Assembly: GCA_045545475.1 (NCBI GenBank)
Contig: JAZQAZ010000008.1
Location: 1 to 64,000, forward strand
Length of the DNA: 64,000 bases
Direction: 5' to 3'
DNA from: Clostridia bacterium
GTDB taxonomy: Bacteria > Bacillota > Clostridia > CAKSNL01 > HGM11501
Shown: positions 42,051 through 52,370 of the stretch, piece after piece
How the letters are laid out: every line of letters begins with the position of its first letter
Position numbering within the stretch: position 1 is the first letter of the stretch
The notes under the pieces: generated by a model
The model's input: only the letters and a program-made list of their open reading frames with translations
The model's database searches: none
Told to the model about the DNA's origin: nothing
Translations under genes and position numbers: made by a program

Positions 42051-42116
42051 GCAACTTTTAGTTGCGGAATATTCAAGCTTTGGTTGGTTGTAATAATTGA
42101 ATAATTTTGGTAAAAT
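42051..42116 (+). promoter_or_regulatory. Promoter with candidate XRE operators upstream of HTH-glmM
   Basis: Palindrome GCAAC-TTTTA-GTTGC 42051-42065; related CAAGCTTTGGTTG 42074-42086; TTGTAA-17 bp-TAAAAT (42088-42116) with TGn extension. Confidence 0.55.
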
Positions 42117-42147
42117 CCGAGTAGAATAATTAAAAAGGGATGATTAT

Positions 42148-43761
42148 ATGACTATAGGTGAAAAAATTGCAAGCCTCAGACAGAGAGCGGGACTTTCGCA
42201 AGAAGTTCTGGCTGAAAAAATGGATGTTTCACGTCAATCAGTTTCTAAATGGGAAATGGATCAGGCGTTGCCGCAGATTGATAAAGTACTTATGCTTTGT
42301 GAACTTTTCAATGTATCTTCGGATGAATTGTTGAGAGGTAATATTGAAATTGAAAAAAACATAAAAGAACATAACAGATATTTCGGTACAGACGGATTCA
42401 GGGGAGAAGCGAACATCAGCCTCACTTCTGTGCAGGCATATAAAGTCGGACGCTTTCTGGGATGGTATTTTTCTTCTGAACTTTCAGGGTGCAGCAAAGC
42501 AGGATATAAGCCTAAAATAGTAATAGGTAAAGATACAAGACGTTCCAGCTACATGCTGGAGTATTCAATCGTTGCCGGAATAACCGCATCAGGTGCCGAT
42601 GTGTATATGCTTCATGTTACAACAACTCCCAGTGTTTCTTATGTAACAAGGCAGGATGACTTTGATTGCGGCATAATGATAACGGCGTCGCATAATCCGT
42701 ATTATGATAACGGCATTAAAGTAATAAACAGATACGGAGAAAAGCTCGACGATAAGACGACAGCACTGATAGAAGCGTATCTTGACGGGGATATAAAATC
42801 ACTGGGAGTTTCGGGAGAAGATTTACCTTTGGCCAGCCGTGAACATATCGGATGCATTGTGGATTATGTATCCGGAAGAAACAGATATGTTGGATACTTG
42901 ATTTCACTGGCATCAAATTCTTATAAAAATCTTCGTATCGGACTTGATTGTGCCAACGGTGCATCATGGATGATTGCAAAGGCGGTATTCGGAGCACTCG
43001 GAGCACAGACTTTTGTTATCGGAGCGGAACCGGACGGATTGAATATCAATGCCGAGTGCGGTTCAACGCACATAGAGAAGCTTTCAAGGTTTGTTAAAGA
43101 AGAACATCTTGATGTGGGTTTTGCATTTGACGGAGACTGCGACAGATGTATTGCCGTGGACGGAAACGGAAATGTTGTTGACGGAGATGCAATGCTTTAT
43201 ATATTAGGAAAGCGATTAATGGCGAGGGGAATGCTCAATAAAAATACAGTGGTTGCAACTGTAATGTCGAACAGCGGATTTGTAAAATGCCTTAATGAAG
43301 CGGGAATGAAATGTGCACAAACCACAGTAGGAGACAGGTTCGTTTATGAATGTATGCAGGAGAACGATTATAGTCTTGGCGGTGAGCAGTCTGGCCACAT
43401 AATACTTAAAAAATATGCAACTACCGGCGACGGACTTCTTACAGCCATAATGATTTCCGAGGAAATTTGTGACAGTAAGCTTTCTCTGGCAGAACTTGCT
43501 GAGCCTGTTAAGCTTTATCCGCAGTACACCGTAAATGTAAAGGTAAAGGATAAAAATGTGGTTATGAAGGATGAACGTGTATTGGCGGAGGTTAAGAATG
43601 TGGAAAAACTGATTAACCATAATGGAAGAGTACTTTTAAGAATGAGCGGAACAGAGCCTGTTATCCGTGTAATGGTTGAGGCTGAAAGTGAAGAAAAAAG
43701 CATAGAATATGCAGAAATGGTTGCATGCAGTATAATCGAAGGGGGTCACAAAGTTGAGTGA
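42148..43761 (+). CDS. glmM: Phosphoglucosamine mutase with N-terminal XRE-family HTH fusion
   Basis: aa 1-65 XRE HTH (GLSQE.LAE...VSRQSVSKWE....P); then YFGTDGFRG, GKDTR.S, ITASHNP..DNGIK, FDGD.DR, GGEQSGH, R.SGTEP.IRVMVE in one frame. Confidence 0.92.
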   Translation: MTIGEKIASLRQRAGLSQEVLAEKMDVSRQSVSKWEMDQALPQIDKVLMLCELFNVSSDELLRGNIEIEKNIKEHNRYFGTDGFRGEANISLTSVQAYKVGRFLGWYFSSELSGCSKAGYKPKIVIGKDTRRSSYMLEYSIVAGITASGADVYMLHVTTTPSVSYVTRQDDFDCGIMITASHNPYYDNGIKVINRYGEKLDDKTTALIEAYLDGDIKSLGVSGEDLPLASREHIGCIVDYVSGRNRYVGYLISLASNSYKNLRIGLDCANGASWMIAKAVFGALGAQTFVIGAEPDGLNINAECGSTHIEKLSRFVKEEHLDVGFAFDGDCDRCIAVDGNGNVVDGDAMLYILGKRLMARGMLNKNTVVATVMSNSGFVKCLNEAGMKCAQTTVGDRFVYECMQENDYSLGGEQSGHIILKKYATTGDGLLTAIMISEEICDSKLSLAELAEPVKLYPQYTVNVKVKDKNVVMKDERVLAEVKNVEKLINHNGRVLLRMSGTEPVIRVMVEAESEEKSIEYAEMVACSIIEGGHKVE

Positions 43762-44416
43762 TAATATTAAGAATAAAGATTTGTTTGATATCAAAAATTC
43801 TTACATTGCACCGATTTTTGATGACTGCGAGTATCCTTGGGAGATAATATGCAAAATTAAAAGTTATATAGAAAATTTGATAAAAGAAGGAATACCCGGA
43901 TATACATTGCTTAAAGATGGCGTTCTTGTGGGTGAAAATGTTAAAATATACGATACCGTAACGATAGAGCCTCCTGTTGTGATAGGAAGCGGTACAGAAA
44001 TACGCCCCGGAGCTTTTTTGAGAGGAAACGTAATAACGGGAGAAAATTGTGTTATCGGAAATTCAACTGAAATAAAAAATGCTGTATTGCTTGACAAAGT
44101 CCAGATTCCTCACTATAATTATGTAGGAGATTCTGTGTTGGGAAATCATGCACATATGGGTGCCGGTGCGGTTTGCTCAAATCTTAAATCCGACGGAAAA
44201 GATGTGGTGATACACGGAAATGGCAACTATGAAACTCATCTTCGAAAGCTTGGCGGAATTTTAGCTGACGGAGCGGATGTTGGTTGCGGTTGTGTTCTTA
44301 ATCCCGGCACGGTAATCGGGAAAAATACCTCGGTTTATCCGCTTACGGCATTAAGAGGGATTTATCCCGAAAACTCTATAGTAAAAGGACAAAACACAGT
44401 CGTTAAAAGAAAGTGA
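43754..44416 (+). CDS. GlmU-like left-handed beta-helix acetyltransferase, without uridylyltransferase domain
   Basis: YPWE, IRPGAFLRG, GNSTEIKN, PHYNYVGDSVLG, SNLK.D, RKLG, GC..VLNPG; only 220 aa. Confidence 0.82.
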   Translation: MSDNIKNKDLFDIKNSYIAPIFDDCEYPWEIICKIKSYIENLIKEGIPGYTLLKDGVLVGENVKIYDTVTIEPPVVIGSGTEIRPGAFLRGNVITGENCVIGNSTEIKNAVLLDKVQIPHYNYVGDSVLGNHAHMGAGAVCSNLKSDGKDVVIHGNGNYETHLRKLGGILADGADVGCGCVLNPGTVIGKNTSVYPLTALRGIYPENSIVKGQNTVVKRK

Positions 44417-44426
44417 GGATTTTTTT

Positions 44427-45137
44427 ATGAAGTATATTATCGCAAAGGATTATGAAGAATTAAGCCGTAAAGCGGCAAATATCATTGCATCTCAGGTTAT
44501 AATGAAGCCTGATTGTGTTCTCGGCCTTGCAACGGGTTCATCTCCGGTGGGAACATATACGAGGCTTAGCGAAATGTGTACCTCAGGTGATGTGGATTTT
44601 TCTTTGGTTACAAGTGTTAATCTTGACGAATATGAAGGACTTGACGGTACAAATGACCAAAGTTACAGATATTTTATGGATAAGAATCTTTTCGAAAAAA
44701 TAAATATTGATAAGAAAAATACTCATGTTCCAAACGGATGTGCAAAAGACCTGAAAAAAGAAGGCGAGGAATATGACGCCTTGATTAAGAGCCTGGGCGG
44801 AATTGATATTCAGCTTCTGGGTATCGGTCTTGACGGACATATCGGCTTTAATGAGCCTGATGAATTTTTCACCAAAGAAACCCATGCGGTTGAACTTGAT
44901 CCTTCCACAATCGAGGCAAATTCCAGATTTTTTGCTTCAATAGAAGACGTTCCTAAGCGTGCAATAACAATGGGAATGATGTCAATCATGCAGGCAAAAA
45001 AGATTTTGCTTATAGCTAACGGAAAAAATAAAAAGGAAATTCTTGACAAGGCATTAACAGGTCCAATAACTCCTATGGTGCCTGCATCAATTTTACAGCT
45101 TCATCCGGATTTAACTGTAATATATACAGAAAATTAA
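44427..45137 (+). CDS. nagB: Glucosamine-6-phosphate deaminase
   Basis: LGLATGSSP, NLDEY, GGIDIQLLGIG.DGHIGFNEP, PASILQLH. Confidence 0.96.
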   Translation: MKYIIAKDYEELSRKAANIIASQVIMKPDCVLGLATGSSPVGTYTRLSEMCTSGDVDFSLVTSVNLDEYEGLDGTNDQSYRYFMDKNLFEKINIDKKNTHVPNGCAKDLKKEGEEYDALIKSLGGIDIQLLGIGLDGHIGFNEPDEFFTKETHAVELDPSTIEANSRFFASIEDVPKRAITMGMMSIMQAKKILLIANGKNKKEILDKALTGPITPMVPASILQLHPDLTVIYTEN

Positions 45138-45141
45138 ATGT

Positions 45142-45173
45142 AAACTCAGACGCATCAGGCGTCTGAGTTTTTT
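45142..45173 (+). terminator. Terminator after nagB
   Basis: AAACTCAGACGC-ATCAG-GCGTCTGAGTTTTTT. Confidence 0.8.
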
Positions 45174-45199
45174 ACTTAGACAAAATTTTGCTTTTTGTA

Positions 45200-45226
45200 A
45201 TAAGCGTAAGATATCTTTCATAAGTT
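45200..45226 (+). promoter_or_regulatory. Possible SigE-type promoter for spoIIID
   Basis: ATA-16 bp-CATAAGTT resembles the SigE consensus; spoIIID is SigE-dependent in model spore formers. Confidence 0.35.
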
Positions 45227-45256
45227 ATAATAAATAATTTATGGGAGATGCTTTGA

Positions 45257-45538
45257 TTGAGAGAATATATCGAAAACCGAACATTGACTCTTGGCGAATA
45301 TATTGTGGAAAATAAAAGCACGGTTCGCACGGCGGCAAAGAAATTCGGCATTTCTAAATCCACAGTACATAAAGATGTTTCCGAAAGACTCAGAGAAATT
45401 GACAGAGGACTTTTTGAGGAAGTCAGAGCTATCCTTGACGAAAATAAAGAAGTAAGGCATATAAGGGGCGGATTGGCTACAAGAAAAAAGTATTCGGAAA
45501 AAAGAAAAAATAGTATTGTTAAGAAGGAAAAAATGTGA
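45257..45538 (+). CDS. spoIIID: Sporulation transcriptional regulator SpoIIID
   Basis: YIE.R....GEYI.....TVR..AK.FG.SKSTVHKD..ERL, RHIRGG.AT..KY. Confidence 0.95.
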   Translation: MREYIENRTLTLGEYIVENKSTVRTAAKKFGISKSTVHKDVSERLREIDRGLFEEVRAILDENKEVRHIRGGLATRKKYSEKRKNSIVKKEKM

Positions 45539-45568
45539 TATACTGTTAGAAATACACTAAAAGATACG

Positions 45569-46699
45569 GTGATTTTATTGAAACGACGCGGATTTAAGTA
45601 TTTTCTGAATAATTTCGACTGGAGCATTTTTGTTCCTGCATTTTTGTGCAGCCTTTTCGGACTTGCACTTATTTATAGTGCAGGTCTTGCTGCGGGAACC
45701 AGTACCAGAGATATTACGGTGCAATCAATCGCTCTTGCGATAGGCATTCTCGCCATGGCTTTTACGTGTTATATTGATTATGATATTTTGGATGCTTTGG
45801 GATGGGTTATCGGAGGATTTGGCATAGCTGTACTCGTTTTGGTACTTGTAATCGGTACAGGCGGAGAAGAGGTTGGTACCAAAGGATGGATTAATTTGGG
45901 GACTGTCAGCGTGCAACCTTCTGAGTTTGCAAAAATTGCTTTTATAATTTCCATGTCAAGCCATATAACTAAGGTTGAAGAAAAAATTAACGAGCCAAAA
46001 AATTTGTTTTTCCTTTTGCTTCATTTTGGAATTTTTGCGGGCCTTGTGCTTTGTCAGCCTGACTATGGAACGACCATGGTTTTTGCGTTTACATTTATAG
46101 GTATGCTTTTTATGGCCGGAGTGCGACTTAAATATTTCGGTATGGCGATTTTAACGGCTGTTGTTGCGGCCGTTCCGGTATGGACGTTTGTATTAAGTGA
46201 TTTCCAGAGAGCAAGAATATTTACATTCCTGAACCCCGAACTTTCGCCTCTTGATGATGGTTATCAGGTGCTACAATCAATGCTCGCCATAGGCTCGGGG
46301 CAGCTTACCGGAAACGGATACATGAAGGGAAATCAAACCCAGATGGGATATCTTCCGCAAGCGAGAACGGACTTTATCTATTCTGTTGTAGGTGAAGAAT
46401 TTGGTTTTCTTGGCTGTGTTTTGGTGCTTTTACTTCTTCTTTTTATAATTTACAGATGCTTTGCAGCATCTAAAAAGGCTAAAGATACTTTCGGAAGTAT
46501 GTTGTGTATAGGAGTGGGATGTTTTCTTTTATTCCATACGATAGAAAATATCGGTATGTGCCTTAATCTTTTGCCGGTAACGGGAATTCCGCTTCCGTTT
46601 TTCAGTTCGGGAGGATCTAACCTTTTGGCTTCTTATATGGCGATAGGTCTTGTTCTTAATGTTAAGTTCCGCCATAAGGTATATGGACTGTGGTTATAG
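45569..46699 (+). CDS. rodA: SEDS family protein (RodA/FtsW/SpoVE), RodA-like
   Basis: QPSEFAK, QPDYGT, GYQ..QS..AIGSG, TDFIYS..GEEFG, P.TGIPLPF.S.GGS. Confidence 0.85.
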   Translation: MILLKRRGFKYFLNNFDWSIFVPAFLCSLFGLALIYSAGLAAGTSTRDITVQSIALAIGILAMAFTCYIDYDILDALGWVIGGFGIAVLVLVLVIGTGGEEVGTKGWINLGTVSVQPSEFAKIAFIISMSSHITKVEEKINEPKNLFFLLLHFGIFAGLVLCQPDYGTTMVFAFTFIGMLFMAGVRLKYFGMAILTAVVAAVPVWTFVLSDFQRARIFTFLNPELSPLDDGYQVLQSMLAIGSGQLTGNGYMKGNQTQMGYLPQARTDFIYSVVGEEFGFLGCVLVLLLLLFIIYRCFAASKKAKDTFGSMLCIGVGCFLLFHTIENIGMCLNLLPVTGIPLPFFSSGGSNLLASYMAIGLVLNVKFRHKVYGLWL

Positions 46700-46834
46700 A
46701 AAAATGCTTGCACGGCAAGCATTTTTTTGTTGTGATTTTGGCATATAAACGGGGAAGAAAACGGAGTATAATAAGCAATAATACTATTGAAAAAAATGTC
46801 ATTTTGTGTTATGATATATATTGAGGTGGATTAC

Positions 46835-48208
46835 ATGCTGAAAAAATTATTTGCACCGACGGATATGACGGTTGGATCTCCGTGGAAGAGCATACTTATT
46901 TTTACTCTGCCAATGTTAATAGGAAACGTTGCTCAGCAGCTTTATAATACGGTAGACAGTATAGTGGTTGGTAAATATATAGGTGATAACGCATTTGGTG
47001 CGGTAGGAACAGCTATGCCGCTGCTTAATCTTCTTTTGGTACTCTTTATGGGTGTTTCCACAGGTGCCGGGGTAATGGTTGCACAGTATTTCGGAGCTAA
47101 AAGCAGGGAGAAGCTTTCATACACTGTGGGAAATGCCATAACGCTTACGGCAATTTGCAGTATATTGCTTATTGTAATAGGTGTGCCGGGACTAAGACCT
47201 ATGATGAGTCTGCTTAAAGTTAAACCGGAACACTTTGAGTGGTGCTATGATTATCTCATGATTTCCATTATCGGAATCGCCGGAATGGGATATTACAATA
47301 TATTAAGCGGAATTATAAGAGGTATGGGAGACTCGGTATCTGCCCTTATATATCTTCTTGTTGCTGCAGGAACCAATATTGTTTTGGACGTATTGTTTGT
47401 GGCACAGATTGGAATGGAAGTTGGCGGAGTTGCTCTTGCAACAATTATTTCTCAGATTTTATCTTCGGCGTTATGCCTTGTGAAACTCAGCAAAATGAAA
47501 AACAATTTTGATTTCGGATTTAAGTACTTAAAACCCAAGAAAGAGTATATGATGAAAATAATAACTCTTGGCGTTCCTTCAGGCTTAACCCAGGCTATAT
47601 TTTCTTCAGCAATGCTTATTGTGCAGGGACTTACCAACAGCTTCGAAACAAACTTTGTAAATGCAAATATAATTATCATGCGTGTTGACGGTTTTGCGAT
47701 GATGCCGAACTTTTCATTTGGTATGGCTCTTACTACTTATGCAGGACAAAATGTGGGGGCAAAGTTATATGACAGAGTAACAAAAGGTGCGAAGCATGGT
47801 ACTTTGATGGCCTTTGCTTGCTCTGCGATAATTACGGTAGTAATATTGTTTTTCGGAAAAGGCCTCATGGGAATATTTACGGAAACCAAGGAACTTGTTG
47901 ATTTAAGCTATTATCTTATGCTGATTCTTGCTCCGGGTTATCTTGCAGTTGCAATAACTCAGGGACTTTCGGGAATAATGCGAGGTGCGGGAGATACAAT
48001 GACTCCCATGTGGATTTCACTGATTACCACGGTTGCACTCAGAGTTCCTTTGGCTTACGGAATTTGTGAGTTTACAAAGACACCGCTGCTTCCTGAGGGA
48101 AGATATGAATGTATACAGATTTCGCTCCTTGCTTCATGGGTAATAGGTGCGGTTTTGACGGTTATATTCTATGCACGGGGAAAATGGAAAACGAAGGCTA
48201 TAAAATAG
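46835..48208 (+). CDS. MATE family efflux transporter
   Basis: DMT.G, P.LIGN..QQLYNTVDS.VVG, RGMGDS, GQN.GA, RGAGDT. Confidence 0.93.
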   Translation: MLKKLFAPTDMTVGSPWKSILIFTLPMLIGNVAQQLYNTVDSIVVGKYIGDNAFGAVGTAMPLLNLLLVLFMGVSTGAGVMVAQYFGAKSREKLSYTVGNAITLTAICSILLIVIGVPGLRPMMSLLKVKPEHFEWCYDYLMISIIGIAGMGYYNILSGIIRGMGDSVSALIYLLVAAGTNIVLDVLFVAQIGMEVGGVALATIISQILSSALCLVKLSKMKNNFDFGFKYLKPKKEYMMKIITLGVPSGLTQAIFSSAMLIVQGLTNSFETNFVNANIIIMRVDGFAMMPNFSFGMALTTYAGQNVGAKLYDRVTKGAKHGTLMAFACSAIITVVILFFGKGLMGIFTETKELVDLSYYLMLILAPGYLAVAITQGLSGIMRGAGDTMTPMWISLITTVALRVPLAYGICEFTKTPLLPEGRYECIQISLLASWVIGAVLTVIFYARGKWKTKAIK

Positions 48209-48234
48209 TCTTGGTAATATAAAGGAGATAAACT

Positions 48235-49179
48235 ATGGATTATACAAAAGTTACGATATACACAAACAGCGAAGGCGTTGAATTAGTTGGTGCTGCTCTT
48301 TACGACCTTGGAATAGTAGGGCTTCAGATAATGGATAAAAATGATTTTGAAGATTTTATGAAGCAAAATCTTCGTGCATGGGATGTTGTAGATGAAGAAC
48401 TTATGAATTCCATGCTCTCGCAGGAAACACAAATATCTTTTTATCTTGAAAATAATGACGATAAAGAAGAAACTGTTGCAAAGGTAAAAGACGAAATGCA
48501 AAAGCTTTCCCTTCAAGGCTCTTTCGGAAGATTAAAAGTTGAAGAAACCGGAGTCAAGGAAGAGGACTGGGCAAACAACTGGAAAAAATATTATAAGCCT
48601 TTGCGAATAGGAGAACATATAATAATAAAACCTACCTGGGAAAAAGTAACACCCGGCGACAATGATGTGATAGTTGAGCTTGACCCGGGAATGGCATTCG
48701 GAACCGGCGGACATGCCAGCACGCATATGTGCCTTGAGTTTCTTGAAAAAATCGTAAAGAAGGGCGACAGAGTTTTAGATATCGGAACAGGAAGCGGAAT
48801 ATTGGGAATTGCAGCATTAAAGCTTGGAGCAGCAAGCGTCACAGCTGTGGATATTGATCCTCTGGCTGTTAAAATTTCAAAGGAAAATGCAAATCTTAAC
48901 GGATATGCCGAACCGGATTTTACGGTTTTCGAGGGAGACCTTGCCGATAAGGTTTCCGGAGAGTATGATATAGTTCTTGCCAACATTGTGGCTGACATTA
49001 TCTGCGAACTTTCAAAATCTGTTTGCAAATATATTAAACCGGATGGTAAATTTATTACTTCGGGAATTATAGATTTTAAGTCTGATAAAGTGAGAGAAGC
49101 ACTTAGGGAAAACGGGGTAAAGATTCTTGATGAAAAGACAAAAAATGACTGGTATTCGTTCTTTTGCGAAAAAGCATGA
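48235..49179 (+). CDS. prmA: Ribosomal protein L11 methyltransferase
   Basis: EEDWANNWKKYY, DPGMAFGTG.H, LDIGTGSGIL, ANI.A. Confidence 0.95.
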   Translation: MDYTKVTIYTNSEGVELVGAALYDLGIVGLQIMDKNDFEDFMKQNLRAWDVVDEELMNSMLSQETQISFYLENNDDKEETVAKVKDEMQKLSLQGSFGRLKVEETGVKEEDWANNWKKYYKPLRIGEHIIIKPTWEKVTPGDNDVIVELDPGMAFGTGGHASTHMCLEFLEKIVKKGDRVLDIGTGSGILGIAALKLGAASVTAVDIDPLAVKISKENANLNGYAEPDFTVFEGDLADKVSGEYDIVLANIVADIICELSKSVCKYIKPDGKFITSGIIDFKSDKVREALRENGVKILDEKTKNDWYSFFCEKA

Positions 49180-49198
49180 CGCTAAATGAAAGGATTTG

Positions 49199-50542
49199 AT
49201 GACATTGGATATTTTTGACAGTGCGTTTATAGAAAAGCTTAAAGGGGTATATTCAATAAGTCCCGAAACATATGAAAAATATGATGTTAAAAGAGGACTT
49301 CGTAACAAGGATGGCACAGGTGTCCTTGTTGGTTTGACTTCAATAGGTGACGTTCGTGGTTACATAATTGAAGAAAAGGATAAAATAAATGTACCCGGTA
49401 AACTTACTTACCGTGGCGTAAACATGGTCGATATTTATAAGGAAAACGAAAAAAGGGGAAGACATGCTTTTGAGGAAACCATGTATCTTATTCTTATGGG
49501 TGAGCTTCCTACGGATGAAGAGCTTGCGGAATTTAAAAAAATTCTTGCGGACAACAGAGAGCTTCCTCCCGGTTTCACAGAGGATATGATATTGAAAGCA
49601 CCCAGTCCAAATATTATGAATAAGCTTGCAAGAGCGGTGCTTGCATCCTATTCCTATGATAAAAATCCCGACAGCTTATCTCTTGAAAATCTTCTTCGTC
49701 AATCTATTGAGCTTATAGCAAGATTTCCGTCAATGGCGGCGTATGGTTATCAGGCCAAAAAACATTATTATGACCATGACAGTTTGTATCTTCACAGCCC
49801 CAGACCGGATTATGATACCGCTGAAAACATACTTCATATGATAAGACGTGATAACAAATTTACCGAGCTTGAAGCAGAAATTCTGGATCTTCTTTTGGTT
49901 ATTCATGCTGAGCACGGTGGTGGTAACAACTCTACATTTGCAACTCATGTTGTATCCTCAAGCGGAACAGATACCTACAGTGCCATAGCTGCGGCGGTGG
50001 GTTCATTGAAAGGACCTAAGCACGGTGGAGCAAATGCAAAAGTGACGGGAATGGTTGATGAAATTAAAGCTTCCTGTAACTGGAAAGATGAGGGAGAATT
50101 AAAAGATTACCTTGTTAAAATAATACGTAAAGAAGCCTATGACAAGACAGGTCTTGTTTACGGTATGGGACACGCCATTTATACTTTGAGTGACCCGAGA
50201 TCCATGCTCCTTAAAGAAAAAGCAAAAGAGCTTGCATATCACATCGGAAAAGAAAAAGAGTTTGAAATGTATGACAGGATAGAAACTATGACGCCTGAAA
50301 TTTTCAACGAGCTCAGAGGAAATAAAAAGCATCTGTGTGCCAATGTTGACCTTTATTCAGGATTTGTTTACAGCATGCTGGATATACCTGAAGAACTCTA
50401 TACACCTCTCTTTGCCATAGCAAGAGTGCCAAGCTGGTGTGCACACCGTATGGAGGAAATTATTGCGGGCGGAAAGATAATTCGTCCTGCATATAAGAGC
50501 GTAAGTGTTAAAAAATCTTATGTTCCGGTGGAAGACAGATAA
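49199..50542 (+). CDS. gltA: Citrate (Si)-synthase / 2-methylcitrate synthase family
   Basis: HAEHGGGNNST, GPKHGGAN, GMGHAIY...DPR, ANVD.YSG, RP.Y. Confidence 0.9.
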   Translation: MTLDIFDSAFIEKLKGVYSISPETYEKYDVKRGLRNKDGTGVLVGLTSIGDVRGYIIEEKDKINVPGKLTYRGVNMVDIYKENEKRGRHAFEETMYLILMGELPTDEELAEFKKILADNRELPPGFTEDMILKAPSPNIMNKLARAVLASYSYDKNPDSLSLENLLRQSIELIARFPSMAAYGYQAKKHYYDHDSLYLHSPRPDYDTAENILHMIRRDNKFTELEAEILDLLLVIHAEHGGGNNSTFATHVVSSSGTDTYSAIAAAVGSLKGPKHGGANAKVTGMVDEIKASCNWKDEGELKDYLVKIIRKEAYDKTGLVYGMGHAIYTLSDPRSMLLKEKAKELAYHIGKEKEFEMYDRIETMTPEIFNELRGNKKHLCANVDLYSGFVYSMLDIPEELYTPLFAIARVPSWCAHRMEEIIAGGKIIRPAYKSVSVKKSYVPVEDR

Positions 50543-50590
50543 AAAAGGGGCGTGCAAAGCACGCCCTCAATCATATAAGGAAGTGATTGT

Positions 50591-52237
50591 ATGCCTCTTG
50601 ACGGCATAACTTTATGTGCGGTAGTGAAAGAACTGTCGGCTCTTTCAGGTGCTTCGGTTCAGAAGGTACATCAACCTGAACGTGATGAGATTCTTTTGTT
50701 GCTTCATACAAAAAATGGAAATAAAAAGCTTCTTATAAGTGCAAGCCCTCAAAGTCCGAGGTTGCATCTTACAGAGGGGAATTATAAAAATCCTGAAACA
50801 TCACCGATGTTTTGCATGCTTTTGAGAAAACATTTTACGGGAGGAAAAATACTTTCTTTTAATCAGTTGTCGTTGGACAGAGTCGTAGATATTGCGTTTG
50901 AATGTCACAACGAGCTTGGGGATACTGTGCAGAAGCATATTATTGTGGAAATCATGGGACGTAATTCAAATCTTATTGTGACGGATGAAAATTACAAAAT
51001 TTATGATTGTCTCAGAAAAAATGACTTGTCTTTTGAAACAGAACGTATGATGATGCCGGGATTTACCTATTCGTTTCCTGAAAGTAGCGGAAAGTGCGAT
51101 ATAGCGGAAACCTCAGAAGAAGAAATAAGAAACCTGCTTAAAGGTGCTGAGGGTAAAGATTTGATAAATATCTTTACGGGATTTTCTCCGCTTTCAGGCA
51201 GAGAGGCGGAATGCTATGGAGATATAGCAGAATACGTAATCTGGATAAAAAGAAAAATAGAAAATAACGATTTCTCACCAACGCTGGTGTTGGGAGAAGA
51301 TAAGCCCGTTGATTTTTGGTGCTTTGACATTATGGAATATGGCACAGCTTTTAAAATCAAAAAATACTCTTCAATGGGAGAAGCGATGGAAGAGTACTAT
51401 TATGAAAAATCCTTCGCAGAACATATGAAGCAAAAAAACTCTGCACTTACCAAACTTGTAACCAATCTTATCGGAAGAGCTGAAAGAAAGCTGAAACTTC
51501 AGTACAAGGAACTTTCTGAGGCAGGAAAAAAAGAAGAGTTCAAGGTTATGGGGGATCTTATTACGGCAAATCTTTATAAAATCAAAGAGGGAGAAAAAAT
51601 TGCTGAGGTTTCGGACTGGTCAAGCGGAGAAGAGGAGATTTTGCATATACCGCTTGATGAAAGCATTTCACCTGCCGATAATGCACAAAGGTATTATAAA
51701 AAGTACAGCAAGGCAAAACATGCAGAACAGGTTATCGGAGAGCAGATAGAAAGTACACTTAAAGAAACAGAATATTTAAGAAGCGTACTTCAGTCTGTGG
51801 CGGATGCGGAAAATATGGAGGACATTGCCCAGATAAAAGAAGAATTGGCAGAAGGCGGCTATATTAAGGCAGAAGGCGGTAAAAGGAAGAAAGAATCGCA
51901 GTCGAAACCTTTGGAATTTCTGTATGAAGGATTTAAGATATATGTCGGAAAAAATAACAAGCAAAACGATTTTCTTACATTGAAAACCGCAAGAGCCATG
52001 GACATTTGGTTGCATGTAAAAAACAATGCAGGTAGCCATGTGATAATCGAAACAAAGGGAAAAGATGTTGCACCTTCCGTAATAGAATATGCTGCAAAAC
52101 TGGCGGCCACTCACAGTAAAGCAAAGGGAGCACCAAAGACGGAAGTCGACTATACTTTTGTTAAGTTTGTTAAAAAGCCTCAGGGAGCTAAACCCGGTAT
52201 GGTAATTTATACCGATTATAAGACTTGTGTAATATGA
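50591..52237 (+). CDS. rqcH: NFACT family ribosome quality-control protein (RqcH/FbpA)
   Basis: M..DG, P.FCMLLRKH, EIMGR.SN, NAQRYYKKY.K, GKNNKQND.LT, W.H.K...GSHV, KPG.V.Y. Confidence 0.92.
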   Translation: MPLDGITLCAVVKELSALSGASVQKVHQPERDEILLLLHTKNGNKKLLISASPQSPRLHLTEGNYKNPETSPMFCMLLRKHFTGGKILSFNQLSLDRVVDIAFECHNELGDTVQKHIIVEIMGRNSNLIVTDENYKIYDCLRKNDLSFETERMMMPGFTYSFPESSGKCDIAETSEEEIRNLLKGAEGKDLINIFTGFSPLSGREAECYGDIAEYVIWIKRKIENNDFSPTLVLGEDKPVDFWCFDIMEYGTAFKIKKYSSMGEAMEEYYYEKSFAEHMKQKNSALTKLVTNLIGRAERKLKLQYKELSEAGKKEEFKVMGDLITANLYKIKEGEKIAEVSDWSSGEEEILHIPLDESISPADNAQRYYKKYSKAKHAEQVIGEQIESTLKETEYLRSVLQSVADAENMEDIAQIKEELAEGGYIKAEGGKRKKESQSKPLEFLYEGFKIYVGKNNKQNDFLTLKTARAMDIWLHVKNNAGSHVIIETKGKDVAPSVIEYAAKLAATHSKAKGAPKTEVDYTFVKFVKKPQGAKPGMVIYTDYKTCVI

Positions 52238-52370
52238 TGATGAAAACCTTTTTGGCCCTAAACGGCTGAGAAGGTTTTTTTAATTTAACGATTGACAAAC
52301 AATTAACAAGGTGATATAATAATTAATCATTTTATAGTGAATTATTTAACAAATTTTGTGGAGGCAAAAA

